From assembly GCF_018977255.1 (NCBI RefSeq), contig NW_024704742.1, forward strand, positions 81,718,001-81,782,000: a stretch of 64,000 nt of DNA, in the 5' to 3' direction. Under the pieces are notes generated by a model. That model did not search any database and had not been told where the DNA came from. It saw only the letters and a program-made list of their open reading frames with translations. Source of the stretch: Callorhinchus milii. Taxonomy: Eukaryota. A program made the position numbers and the translations under genes. Positions 24,407 to 36,972 of this stretch are shown here, piece by piece (position 1 is the stretch's first letter; every line of letters begins with the position of its first letter).

Positions 24407-25309
24407 CCAGAATGTTGGGAAAATCTGGAAGTCCAAAATAGCGGCTCCCCCAGCCAGGTAAAGCAATAAGAACGTTTATCACTTCACATCTGCTAAAAAA
24501 AAATGCGTATAATGATACTAATGAATATTTAAGCGAGCACCAGAATTTGCGAGAGTGTATTTTATTGATTAAAAAGAACTAAACACACCTAACCTTGTCG
24601 GGCTGTGTGAAATTACTGCAGTGCTCATGGATTAAAAACAGGTCAAGTAAAGATGAATTATCACTCAAATGTCAGCATAAACAAGACTGAACCAAATTGG
24701 TAATAGGTTAACAGATTTCTCTAAGGACAGGAATCAATCAATCTTATTTATTGGGTACTACTTTTTATTAGAATTGCCAACCTGTCATGTGCATCCAACA
24801 ATCTTTAGCAAAAGCAGGAGCAAAACACAGAAGGGAATCTGGAGCTGAGACCAAAGCAACACATTCTTAAAAGGGTCGAAATTCAAACAGTAAGCTCCAC
24901 TCAGGGCTGAAATAGTTGTTATTATTATTGTTATTATTATTAAAATAGTAAGCAAATAGGTAGAACTCAAGCTTTAATGAGATCCTGGCTGAGCAGCAAT
25001 CTTCGCCACTGTTAAATGTTCCGAGATGCTATCCTGAGCGAAAGCTACTATATAAATACAAGTTGCTGTTGTTGATGGTATTGATGCTGGATGCGAGTCT
25101 GGCCCAGTTGGTAAAAAGTTGTCAGTTGGAAACCTACAACTTTCTAACTCAGTCGCCTCTGAATTAAAATGTTGCGGGATCAAATCCAACACCGGGACTT
25201 GGAACTCACAGTCTAAACTGACACCGCAGTCAGTGCTGGGGGAGTGCTGCATTGTCAGAGGTGGTGTCCTTCAGCTGAAATGTCAGTATAATATTAATCT
25301 TTACATTTG

Positions 25310-25735
25310 ATACAACACAATTTACATTTATATAGTGTCTATCACTTTCAGAGGATGTTTCAAAGTGCTTCACAGGCACTTACTGTACAGTTAAATAACT
25401 GTGTATTTTGTAACAAATTAACAGCCAATTTGCACAAAATAATGTCCCATTATCATGAGGTGAGCGACCGATTTTATCTGGAGGAATTCTTGGCCAAGGC
25501 ACCAGAAGAACTCTTCTTTTTTCAAGTAGTGCTACGGGATCTTTAACAGCCACCTGAACAAGCAGACAAGATTTCAGTTTCATATTTCATCTGGTGGACA
25601 GTAACTCTCACAATGCAATACTCCCCCAACACTGCATTAAATTGTCAGCCCAGACCGTGAGTCCAAATTCCTAATGTAAGCCTTGAACCCACAACCTTCT
25701 GACTTAGAGCCAAGATTGTAACCAACTTAACTAGA
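25310..25735 (-). mobile_element. Old Deu-domain SINE, near full length (partial + strand copies at ~25120-25290 and ~25750-25920)
   Basis: Reverse strand: head 'ctctaagtcagaaggttgtgggttcaagg', Deu block 'gtctgcttgttcaggtggctgttaaagatcccgtagcactacttgaa', L2-like tail. Confidence 0.8.
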
Positions 25736-25924
25736 CACCGCTTACAAATCCAGGTCAAACTGCCTGTTCAGGTAGACGTTAAAGATTCCATGACACTATT
25801 CTTAAAGAGAAGGGAGTTGTTCCCAATGTCCTAGCCAATAATCCCCCAGATAACATTGGGAACTCACTTCATGACTGTTTGAGGAATATTGTTGTGAGTA
25901 AATTGACTGTTTTGTTTGCCTATA

Positions 25925-26300
25925 AATATTTGGAGCATTTTGTCCAGTTCTGGTCTCTACACGTTAAGAAGGATATAGCAGCGATGGAAGGAGTACAGCA
26001 CAGATTTACTAGGATGATATCAGGGCTGGCAGCTTACTGCTATCAGGATAGACTGGATAGGTTAGGCCTTGTTTTGATAGAGGAGACATTTAAGGGTGTC
26101 CCTAATAAAAGTGTTTAAAATTAGAAAAAGCATTCAATAAGGTTAAAATAAATAGGTTATTTCCCCTGGTTGGGGAGTCCATAACCAGGGAACAGAAATA
26201 TAGCTTAGCAACTAAATGAGAATTTAGCAGAACTTACTTCATATGCAGAAGGTTAGTGAGATTGTGGAAATTGCTGCCTGAAGCAATTATTGAATCTATA
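25925..26300 (+). mobile_element. CR1 ORF2 fragment
   Basis: ORF 25879-26118 contains LEHFVQFWSLHVKKDIAAMEGVQHRFTRMISGL..YQDRLDRLGL. Confidence 0.88.
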
Positions 26301-26691
26301 GTATAACAATAACAACAACAACTTGCATTTATATTGTACCCTTCAAGCATTGCGGAATGCTTAACAGAGACAGAGCTTGATGCTGAGCTGGAGGGAGGTG
26401 ACTGTAAGCAAGAGGAAAGTCTTTAGACATGAAGATGCATTCAAGAAGAAGAGGGGAATAAGAGTGTATGGGAGAGAGTAAAGGAATGGGTGAAGATTCA
26501 TGCAGAGTATAAGCACTGGCACAAATGGGTTCAGCTGAGTGTTATCCTGTTGTCCTGTTATATAAATCATGTGAAATGTTTTGAGATGTCCTCGTGATGG
26601 GAAAGGCACAATATCAAATGCAAGGATTATTGGGATTATTATATTTCTTCTTATGAGAACTGGGTTAAAGGAGAGGATATACATTATAATA

Positions 26692-26795
26692 CATTAGAAT
26701 AGATTAGAATATACAGCACAGAAACAGGCCATTCGGCCCGACTGGTCTATGCTGGATTTTATGCTCCACATGAGCCTCCTCCTGCCCTTCCTCAA
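26692..26795 (-). mobile_element. CR1 LINE 3' end
   Basis: Close copy of 20612-20703. Confidence 0.8.
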
Positions 26796-27874
26796 CAAAT
26801 TTTAAACTATGTCAGCCATATGTCAGCCAGGCAAGGTTCTTGCTGCCTTGGAACATCCTCCCGACATGAAAGGCTTAGTACAAATACAAATGAATTTTTT
26901 TGAATTTGTTGTTGTTACTGTCATTATCAAAGTGATATCTAAAGAATGCTTGCGTACATGGCATTTGGATAAAGACGAGACTAGTTTGCTTACGATTTGG
27001 AAAAGCTCTAATACCCACTGACAAGATGCTAATGAAAAATAGCTATCTAGGTGTTCTACACCTGTGGAACCATACTCCATCTTAACTCAGATAAGCATTT
27101 ATTCAATTAATTTATTGACCATGGCTAATGTGGAAAGCATGGCTTTGTTTTAAAATAATGAGAGACGGTGGGCTCGTTGTCTTTTGCAATTAATCAAAAT
27201 TGGCGGATAATCAAGGTTCCACCTCCACAATTTCACAGATGCTCAATCCATGTGGGGTTCAGTAAAATTCCAGCTGCTAATGGCTCAGCCACTCTTGACA
27301 ACGTGCATTAAGAATATGATGCCTGATGTTAATCGCACACTGACAGTCATTTATTTTTGTACAAGTTCTAACATATACCAGTAGTGAACCCAAGCTAATG
27401 TTCCACACCACTTTACACTACAATATTTTAGATTTCAGCGGCTCAGATAAGCATAAACATCAGCGTTAGTTGCAGTTCTGTTGCCGATCCATGTGTGCAT
27501 TTGCTGATAACCAAAATAACTTTGAAGAATCAGTTATCATACTGTTTATGCTAGCATAACTTTAAAGCTTTGTGTTTAGCGGCTTATTGGACACGAAAAG
27601 TGTGCTGACAAAGGTTTTAAAGTAACAATATGATTCCAGCTCATCACAGCTACTAAAATTCATGCAGGGCTGATTAGCTTTCTAATGTCACAAAAGAGGC
27701 AATCTCTGGCGATGACTGAGCATCTTTGAGAAGAGAGACTTTAGGATTACACCAGATTGACACTTTTCACCCTACATTGTCCTTCTAAAGGAGTTTATGC
27801 TGTCGCTGCACACAAAACGCTGTTGAGATGTGGATAGTTGTTAAGCAGCTACTGATGGCAAATTTAACAACAGC

Positions 27875-28198
27875 ATAATAATAATAATAATAATCCTTGC
27901 ATTTGATATAGCGCTTTTCACGTCGGGAGGACGTCCCAAAGCGCTTCACAGAACACACTGTAAAGTGAATTGACTGTATATTTGTGGGCGAACGCGGCAG
28001 CCAATTGCGCACAGCAATGTCCCACAAACAGTCGTAGATTGAAAATGACCAATTTATTATTGTTTTGGTTTTGGAGGGATTATTATTAGGCGTGTGGAGT
28101 AAGGAAACTTGCCCAAGGTTTCGCCCTCTGCCTGGAATTGAACTCAGGTCTCTCACTTGCAAAGCGAGTGCTCTAACCACTGAGCTACAGGACTCCAC
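27875..28198 (-). mobile_element. Young full-length SINE (best-preserved copy)
   Basis: Complete tRNA head, body, tail stem-loop and (ATT)n; many CpGs retained. Confidence 0.95.
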
Positions 28199-28199
28199 A

Positions 28200-28690
28200 T
28201 CAGCAGCAACAACAATTTACATTTGTATAGGAGTTTCAGTTTGGGAGAACGTCCCAGGGCGCTGGTCAGTCAAGCATTTGCATTGTCTCTTCATGATAAG
28301 AACAACAAATATGTTGGATGCTCAAGGCTTTGCACCTGAACTGGGGGGTGAAATTGAGTGGAATAACAGTGGGGCGGAGGGCGGCCGAAGATAATTCAAC
28401 GTGCAAAAAGTCTTGTGACATATTCTGAAGGAGGGAAGGCAAAGAGATTCTGAGATGGAATTCCAGAGCTTGGAAGCAGAAAGGCTGAAGGCTTAGCCAC
28501 CAATGATGGGGCAGGCAGGGCAGGGGACATGGAAGTGGAAGAAGCAGGTAGGTTGGTAAGAATTTAGGAAGTCACAGAGGTAGGGAGGAGCAAAACCACG
28601 GAGGGCTTTAAAAGTGAGGACAAGAATCTTAAACTCAATCCTCAATTGGAAGCCAGTGAATCTGTTTGAGGATGATCGACTCATGGAGTT
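28200..28690 (-). mobile_element. L2 3' end, degraded
   Basis: ORF 28493-28684 RIEFKILVLTFKALRGFAPPYLCDFL..CPIIGG; tail at 28200-28265. Confidence 0.8.
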
Positions 28691-29047
28691 TGGTGTGGAT
28701 TCAGACTACTTGTTTATTTCTGTAAGAAAGGAACGCTTTCCCAGGTGAGCAGAGCGACCCATTTGAGAATGGGCATGTTCCCCATTCCCAAGCGAAACAT
28801 TGTATGAATGTCTGTGGAGAACAAGGTTGGGATTCCTGCCGCCCATGGGTGACTCAGACTCTGTCACATTGTGATGACAATTATACTCCTCGACCATTGG
28901 GCTGAATTGAACTCACAGGTCCGCACTGTGACCCAAGTGAGCGAGTGAAGACTGGAGCTTAGTCAGGGAGACAAGGACAAAGATTATGGCAGATACTCGG
29001 GAAGTGGAGAAATTGTGGCTCCTGTGCATTGCAAACAGACAGGGCAA

Positions 29048-29287
29048 AGCATTGGGCAAGTTTTCTTACTCAACAGCCTAATAATAATCCCTCCCAAACA
29101 AAACAATAATAAATCAGTCATTTTCAACCTATGACTGTTTGTGGGACACTGCTGTGTGCAATTGGCTGCCATGTTTCGCCCACAAATATACGGTCAATTC
29201 ACTTTACAGTCTATCTGTGAAGCGCTTTGAAACGTCGAGAAGATGTAAAAGCGCTATATCAAATGCAAGGATTACTATTTATTATTA
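29048..29287 (+). mobile_element. Young SINE, 5'-truncated
   Basis: Body and tail match the family; ends 'aaaagcgctatatcaaatgcaaggattactatttattatt'. Confidence 0.88.
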
Positions 29288-29869
29288 GGTTACAATGTGG
29301 TGCTGTAGAGCCACAAAGCCACAACGACCCACCTCTAAGTGTTGCTCATAACGGCACAGCTTTTAACAGGTGTGAAAAATGCATCATGCCTTATAGAATC
29401 TGTTATAAAACATCGCAATTTTCAATCTATTCCTGAAGACTGTTCACCCCGAGCACAGTGAAAACCATTTACCACTTTTGACTGCAATTTCAGAGGATGT
29501 GGCAATCACTGATAATAACATCACAGGCCATTATTCTCTGAAAGGCAGTAATGTTTCTCTCACCACTATTCAGGAGAAAAGGTCTCTGAGCTGGTAACCG
29601 TTATTATCATGCTCTTGGCCTCAGGTTGTGGCCATTCATGTTTTATTTTCATGCTCTGCTGTACATGTGTGCATACAATGACCTTGCTTTCCAATTGACA
29701 ACACTGTCCCTTAGATAAATTATTGACAAAAACTTCCAAGATCCATCTATCTTGCCTCAACTATTCATAGAAACAATTAGTATAGTATTGCTAGCATTAC
29801 CTTTAAGAATGTGTTGTTTTATATTTAATCACAGAAAATCATAATAAAATAATAAGCCCAATTGGTCCC

Positions 29870-30205
29870 TGCTTCGTCCCTATCTCATGTCAAATGCAGC
29901 CAGAACCCTCAGCCACACTTTTGTCATGCCTTGATTTCTCAAACACACTCCTTGCTGGTCTCTCCAGTACCACATTTACAAGGTCTAGCTTATCTGAAAC
30001 TCTGCCATCTACATCCTGCACAAAACCCAAAGCTTCCTCTCTCAATCCCTTCAGTTTGCCCCCTCTTCCCCATCTTCCTCTTCAACCGCACCTATGGTCA
30101 CCTTCTCCCTCCCCCTAGTTCAGCATCAGGCTCTGCCATTGTCAAGTGCTCTGGGATGCCACCCAGCTTGGAGAGCGCTATATAAATTCAAAGTGGTGTT
30201 GTTTT
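29870..30205 (+). mobile_element. L2 3' fragment, degraded
   Basis: ORF 29894 SCLDFSNTLLAGL motif; tail 'gagagcgctatataaattcaaagtggtgttgtt'. Confidence 0.65.
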
Positions 30206-32034
30206 TCTAATTCTCCTCATGTACACCCTCTATTCCCTTCTCCCTCATGTATGCATCATGTATCCTCTTACATATTTGATGCTTTCTGTTTTCTTCATGC
30301 TGCCCCGCATGAAGGGCACTATATGAATGCAAGTTGTTGTTGCCATTGTTGTTTCATACAGTTCCCAGCAGTGAGTTCCACCTTCTCACCATCCTCTGCA
30401 TGAATACGTTCTGAGGCACTGCTGTACTCCTGTGAAGAATTTTGTAAGAGAATAGCACACCATGAATAAGATATAACATTGAGAGCACAGTGCGTGAAGA
30501 ATTGTCTTGTTCTCAGTTTGCCTGATGTAACTGAAGAAGTCTGATACAAATCTGATCTGGAATCAGCTGCAGCTACTGAAACCAGGGCAGCTATTCCCTT
30601 TGTTGTGATTAGACTACTTTGGACAATTTAGAGAAGCTTGAATTCACTTTGGAGTGAGTGAGAGAGAGAGTACTGATTGTGGCTGTCCACTTGCGTATTG
30701 GTTTTTCCATTTTCCTCTGATATCCGTGCTCTGGTATAGCAGTTTGTGGAATTTTCCTAAACGCTCCATTGCTTCACATCAGCTTGACACAATTTGAAAG
30801 GAAGAAATTCTTATTATGACACACTGACTATTTCCAATTTAGAGCACGTCTACGTATCCTTTCGAGTTGCTAAACACATAAGATTTGTGAACTATAATTA
30901 CTCGTTTTCTTTATAAAGATGCATGTTTAAGCAATCTAAGATGCATGATTCTCACAAAATAAATGTTACATTATTATCATTCCTGTATTGCAGAGCATCT
31001 CCCTGCTTCCCCACGTAGACATGCTTTTGGTTGAGATATTCCACTGAATCCCCAGTGATGATTATATCCCTGCCTGCCTCTCCTGTTCAACATCCAGTCT
31101 ATCTCTGTCTGTCTATTTGTGTGTTCTGACACACAAGATTATGTTCAATCTCTTCATTGTGATTTGCTAGACTATTTCTTTCTCTCTTATAAGTCTTTTA
31201 CTGAAGCAAGATGAACTCAGTGCCAAACTTTAATATCTTCCAGATTCAGGAGACTAATCTCAAACTCTTAAAGTGAATACATGAAACAGCTGTTTTCTCA
31301 TGGATGATTCACTCTCGCCTCCTTTAATTATGAATAATAATAATTATCCTTACATTTTGATACAACGCATTTTGTTTCAGAAGCATGTCTCAATGTGTTA
31401 CACAGGGTTCATTGTAAAACGGAATAAGTGTGTACTTTGTGGGTAAACCACACTGCATGTGTTCTCAATCATTGTTCATTTCTAACCATTCGTGAAGACT
31501 GGCCATGGAACTAAACACTTTCAAATAATGGCATTCTGAGGAATAAACAACACGGCTATGGATATTCGGGAATGTCGGAGGGGATTGAGTTTTAATTCCT
31601 GGAGGCAACATTTGAGTGCTGCTTCACATAGTGTTAAGGCTGCTGTGTTTTTTTAATGTTGATAAAGTCTTATTTGAGATATTTAAACTTTGTTCTCCAC
31701 ATTCCAGAAAAAAAATTCTGAAACAAAAACGCACTATTTTTCTGCTCTTTTTACCCATGTATTCATCTACATATATAATACTACTAATCATACATGTAAG
31801 TGAATAGTTAGATAAATGGGCTGACTAAAAATTAGACAGACAGACAGAAAAATACGGACAGATAGTTTAAATAGGCAGATTAAACAGATCGAGTCATACC
31901 ATTTAGCCTGACAGAGACTAATAGATATATTAGTCAGACAGAATAAATAGACAGATAGATTAAGCAAACAGATAGATTAAACAGACCGACAGATTAAGCA
32001 GACAGGCAGATTAAGCAGACATGTAGATTAGGTA

Positions 32035-32264
32035 CAAAAACAGAGAGAGCTGGGAAAACTCAGCAGGTCAGGCAGCATCTATGGAGAAAGAAAAGTGAGT
32101 CAATGTTTTGGGTCCATGACCCTTCATGTTCTGACGAAGGGTCGTGGACCCGAAACGTTGATTCACTTTCCTTTCTCCATAGATGTTGCCTGACCTGCTG
32201 AGTTTTCCCAGCTCTCTCTGTTTTTGTTTCAGATTGCAGGATCTGCAGTATTTTGTGTTTTTTT
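32035..32264 (+). mobile_element. Palindromic Penelope-type terminal-repeat insertion
   Basis: 91-bp inverted arms (32035-32125 / 32136-32226, 6 mismatches) plus a tail; flanked by ca(t/g)gtagattaggta direct repeats. The Penelope assignment rests on the hammerhead core and inverted architecture. Confidence 0.75.
32126..32165 (+). ncRNA. Minimal type I hammerhead ribozyme-like motif
   Basis: CTGACGA (32131-32137), A, stem II GGGTC-gtg-GACCC, GAAA (32152-32155), C, GTT putative cleavage triplet. Stem I is weak in this copy. Confidence 0.65.
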
Positions 32265-33279
32265 CAGGTAGATTAGGTAGCCAGGTAGATTAAACAGACA
32301 GGCAGGTTAGGTAGACAGAGTAAATTGACAGACAGAGTATATAGACAGACAGGGTAAGTAGACAGACAGATTAGGTATAAAGACAGACTGATTATTGTTT
32401 GGTTATTTTCCACGAATGACAGTGATTATGTGTTTCTTGGGCTGGTGACAATTGAGGATGCAGGTAGTGGTATTCATCCCTTTCCTTTAGGTTTAAACAC
32501 ATTTACTGCTGTGCTCCCCATAGTTATCAGACGTAGGAAGTGTTTGATCCAGTCTTGTGTTAACCTCGAAAGATACAAGGAAATTGCAGTGAATTCTGAT
32601 TGCAAGGTATTCATTTTATTGACTTGAAAGGATTGATGCACAAACCAGAAACAGAACTAAGAATCTGCTCAACTAACTAAGCTACCTCAGCCTCAGATGT
32701 TACAGTGATCAGGTGAAAAATCATCAACCTCTTATTTCTCCAGAAGGTCAATTCATCCAGAGTTGTACCTAACCCACCTGTCAATCATTTGGTTTGCCTT
32801 ACCTCTGACATCCCATCATGTGACACTGAATAAACATTCTTCAAGTATAATAATCAATGTAACAGTGTGTTTTCCAATGACCATTAGAGGGTTGTGCTCC
32901 CTCATATGGTGAATAAATAAAATCATCCAATGCTTTTGGACATTACTTCTTAAAGATGTATAAGGTTACAAGTAGCTCCATGTCTCCCAATGGATCAACC
33001 TCAATATCTTCATCTGCGCCTACAAATATCTTCACACCCCAGCACCAACCTATAAATGTGATCTTCTCCTACCAAACTCCTGTGCTCAAATCCTACCTCA
33101 TTAACCACACCTATGGACACCTCTCTCTTCCCCCTTCCTCCTCTTCCTTCTCTCTTGCCTAGTGTCTGATCTTGTCATTGTGAATTGCTCTGAGCCATCG
33201 ATTATGAAGGGTACTACATAAATGCAAATTATTGTTGAATCTTCTTCCTTCTGTGTGTGGGGCAAAAAATACCTGACTC

Positions 33280-33544
33280 ATTTGGGCTTTGGTTAACAGG
33301 AGCTGAGTGGGAAGAGTAACCCCATCCATCCCCCTAGTGACCTGTCTGCCTCTTTAAGACCTGTTGTTAGCCTAGGTGTCTGGGCTTTCATCAGCAGTGC
33401 CCTACTACAGAAATACCGAGCTCATGAACTGGACTTCCGAGCCTAACCCAGAGGGTTGACTCAATTTCCACAATCCAGTGTCAAGCTTGTCAACTTGGAG
33501 CCAGCTCAGCTCTAGGGAGACCCCACTTACCTCCCCTCAAAGGA
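33280..33544 (+). repeat. Unclassified ancient dispersed repeat, copy C
   Basis: 5' part aligns with 63180-63410; 3' end 'ccagctcagctctagggagaccccacttacctcccctcaaagga' aligns with the reverse complement of 6601-6645. Confidence 0.7.
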
Positions 33545-33894
33545 GGATTCATCTAGAAACTTGCATTTATATAGTGTTGTTGTTCTTCTTCACACAGGAT
33601 AATATCTCAAAAAGCTGTAGAGTGACGGGGTTGGGTGTGAAGCAAGGCTCAACACTATTGTGTCGCACCTATTCACTTAAGTGACTGGTCGAAGAGAAGA
33701 AACCAAAGCAGTTTTTATTATGCAAGGCTGCTGATTTAAACAGCAGAACCATTTCTTTTTGCAATAGACAAACATATTTTCTTGAACAGAGTGTTCTGGT
33801 TTGGAATACATTCTGACTTCTCAACAGAGCAAATATTATGCTGTAGTAAGAGAACACATTTCCTATCCTTTAAAAAAAAGCAGACACAAGGACT

Positions 33895-33960
33895 AATTTG
33901 CTGAGTTTTCCCAGTTCTCTTTGTTTTCAGATTTCCAGCATCTGCAGCATTTTGTATTTT
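33895..33960 (+). mobile_element. Penelope-type terminal-repeat remnant
   Basis: 'tgctgagttttcccagttctcttgttttcagatttccagcatctgcagcattttgt' matches 32197-32257. Confidence 0.65.
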
Positions 33961-35399
33961 GTAGAAGGATTAATTGGACAAGGCATGATTTGTCTACAAT
34001 GTCTGAACATTGACACTGTCTAAATTATATGCTACTGTGAAGTTGTGTTGGAGTGTTTGGAGTTAAATCCTTTGTTAGGAGACAGCACAGTGAACATACA
34101 AACAGAAAATGACAAATGATCCTATTTGTGGAGCACCAGAAGGTACAATCAGGCTGGAGTTGATGCACACCAAAAAAAGGTCAAACATTTTGCTCGCTCC
34201 AGAAATGGCAAAGCATAGATGAAGCTCTCTATTTCTTTTCTATCACTTCCTGTTGTATTTCCATCCACATTAGGTGGAAGTTCAAGGCACCCAAAGGCTA
34301 GATATCATTCATCCTGGAAAAGATTGGCTGAGTTCAAAGTGAATTTGGAACAACACCTATATCAGCCCTTTTGCCAATAGCTATTAAGATACAGTACTTG
34401 TGTCTCACAGTATTAATGTTCAGCATGATGTCAGTCACTCATTAAAACATCCAGACCAAGGATCCAAATTATTAGCTGAGCCACCCGAGTTCTTCACTTA
34501 CTTTCTTTATTGCCAATTATTTTTCTCAACATGGGCTGTTCTTCTCCCCTCATTCAAAATCCATGGGCAGAACAAACACATGATTGATAAGTTTAAGTAC
34601 ATAATTTTGCTTTGCAAATAATAAAACTTTTTCTAAGCACTCCTCAGACATCCATGCATGATACACAAGGATCACAAAGTGTGACATTCAAGTAGCTCAC
34701 TCAGCTATCAATGTTCAGAAATGAACTGATTCTCCTGAGCAATTGAGGTAACCAAGTGCCTTACAGATGGCTTTCTTCAGTTGGGTAATGTAAGGATTGA
34801 AGTACTGTAAGAAAACATTGTTTCTCTAATTTGGCGTAGAATGGTCCTCCTCTCACCAGCACATCCATCCACCTAAGCATTTCTTAGATAGTTCAAACCA
34901 AGAACTCCACTACCACTGTTTCAGATTTCCGTATTCCATCCAGGAACTACAGCTTAGCACAAGCGTATAGACTCACTTGAAAGAGTTTGCACTTCATGTC
35001 TGTGTTCTGATTCTAATTGAGGCAAGTTGAATAGCATGGAATTGGTATCCTGCAAGCCCTGTGAAATTCTGCAGTTTTCTGTATGTCACACAAATTGTCA
35101 GTAAATATAACAGCAGAGTGGTGCTTTCAAGTTTAACAGCACTGATATCAAAACTTTTTTTCAGTAGGTACATTACCAATGCGATAGTTAAATCTTAAAA
35201 TAGGTGCAAACGAATTCAGCCAACCGTGGAGTGCAGAAGGAGTGTAATGATGAAGTGGTAAATTCATCAACTCTGTTTCCATCAAACCAGATGTCAACTT
35301 GGCTCAGTCAGTTGCATTCTCTCTCGTGAGTTGAAACCCCTAGTACGGGTTCAGGCCCCACATTTTTAGCTCAGTGTCTAGTCTAGAAGGTCTGACCTC

Positions 35400-35675
35400 C
35401 TCACTCCCCAAACCACCACCCAGTGCCTCCACTTGAATGGCATGTCCCTCGCACCCTCCCTCTGCCATCGGAGGTCACGCTTTCTTCAGCTTCTACACCC
35501 CGAAACTCTGGAACACTCTCCCTCAATCCCTCCACCTTGTCCCCTCTCTCCCCTTTTTCAGGTCCTGCCTGGCTACTTCCCCCCACCCGGACTCGGAGTC
35601 AGGCTCCGCCACTGTTAAGCGCTCTGATGCACTACTCTGTATGGAGGGCGCTATATAAATGCAAGTTGTTGTTGT
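35400..35675 (+). mobile_element. L2 3' end
   Basis: ORF 35437 AIGGHAFFSFYTPKLWNTLPQSL; tail 'gagggcgctatataaatgcaagttgttgttg'. Confidence 0.85.
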
Positions 35676-36972
35676 AGTCATAACATAACAGATTATTTAC
35701 ATACTTACTGTGCTTGCTTCTTCCCATTCCCTAATTGGCTGATCAAAGTTTCTTCTCTGACTTTGCTCCAAAGTAATCCAGAAATCTCTGGTATCTGTCA
35801 AAAGTCATATACCTCCTCTACTCTCTGAGCATCTGGCTGCATTCTGCTTGTGTTGCGATATACCCACTAACTCCACCATGAACACTGCACTTTTCTTGCT
35901 GGTTCTGGAGGTTGTCTAGCTAATGGATGGTTGCATGATCCAAGAAGGCAACAAGGATTATTTATAAGTCACATTAATAATAAACAATCGTAATTTACAA
36001 TGCAAAGATTATTTCTTTTGATATTCATTTCTCTCGCTCACTGCTATTATGATATTTCAAAATCCTCCTCTTTTTTCAGCTCAATAAATGTGGGTCTGAC
36101 CCAAAATAATGGGCTCACTTCATAATGGGCTCTCAACACTGGAACAGTACACAAGTTCTCCTTAATTTGAGTTTCGGCTACAAATCCAGTCACGAGACTT
36201 CATTGGGAAAATCCTGTGAAGCGATTTGAGACATTTCAGCGATGCAATAGATCGAAGCATTGAAGGAATATATTTATGAATGAGTTGCAATAAGCTAAAT
36301 TAAATTATTTTTATAAATTATAAATTAATTTTCACTAATAATTTTGACTGGTTTCTGTGGGGTAGGAATTCCAAGCAAAGTTAAATGCAGACAATATATC
36401 TGTAACTCCTGATAATCTACCTGCCTATGCACATCTAGGTTTTTACTACAACTAGCAAACAAATGTGCGTTGAATTGTGTACTACAATTATGGAGACAAG
36501 GAATATCAATTGATTTGCAAATAGCATGTATGTTTGCTTTTCCAGGGGTAATAATCACTTCAAATTTTTTTTAAAATCAATAATAATAATTTGGGCATTC
36601 AATCCACGGCTGTTTGTGGGACACTGTTGTGCTTAATTGTCCGCTGTGTTACTCCCACAAAATATATAGTCAATTCACTTTATAGTATATTCTGTGAAGC
36701 GCTTTTAGACGCCTTGAAGACGTGATAAGGCGCTGTATCAAATGTAAGGGTTATGATATTTATGTTACTCACATGTGGAAGTTGGGCAAGTGCAGGATGA
36801 CTTGGCTGTTGAAGGCTTGTCCATACATGCTAACAGTTACATATACAGGGTGCTGGTGTGTGCCTGGCACCCAAGGGACTGTGGCCCATTTAAATGAAAA
36901 AAGGAAGTTTGGCCAAATAGAGAGAAGGAGAGAGAAATTGAAATTGAAAGAATTTTTAAATTAAAGTTAAAG

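Larger units (their letters stand above)
31830..32390. repeat. Degenerate (CAGA/TAGA)-based minisatellite interrupted by a palindromic insertion
   Basis: Repeated units such as 'cagacaggcagattaag' and 'cagatagattaaa' on both sides of 32035-32264. Confidence 0.85.
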
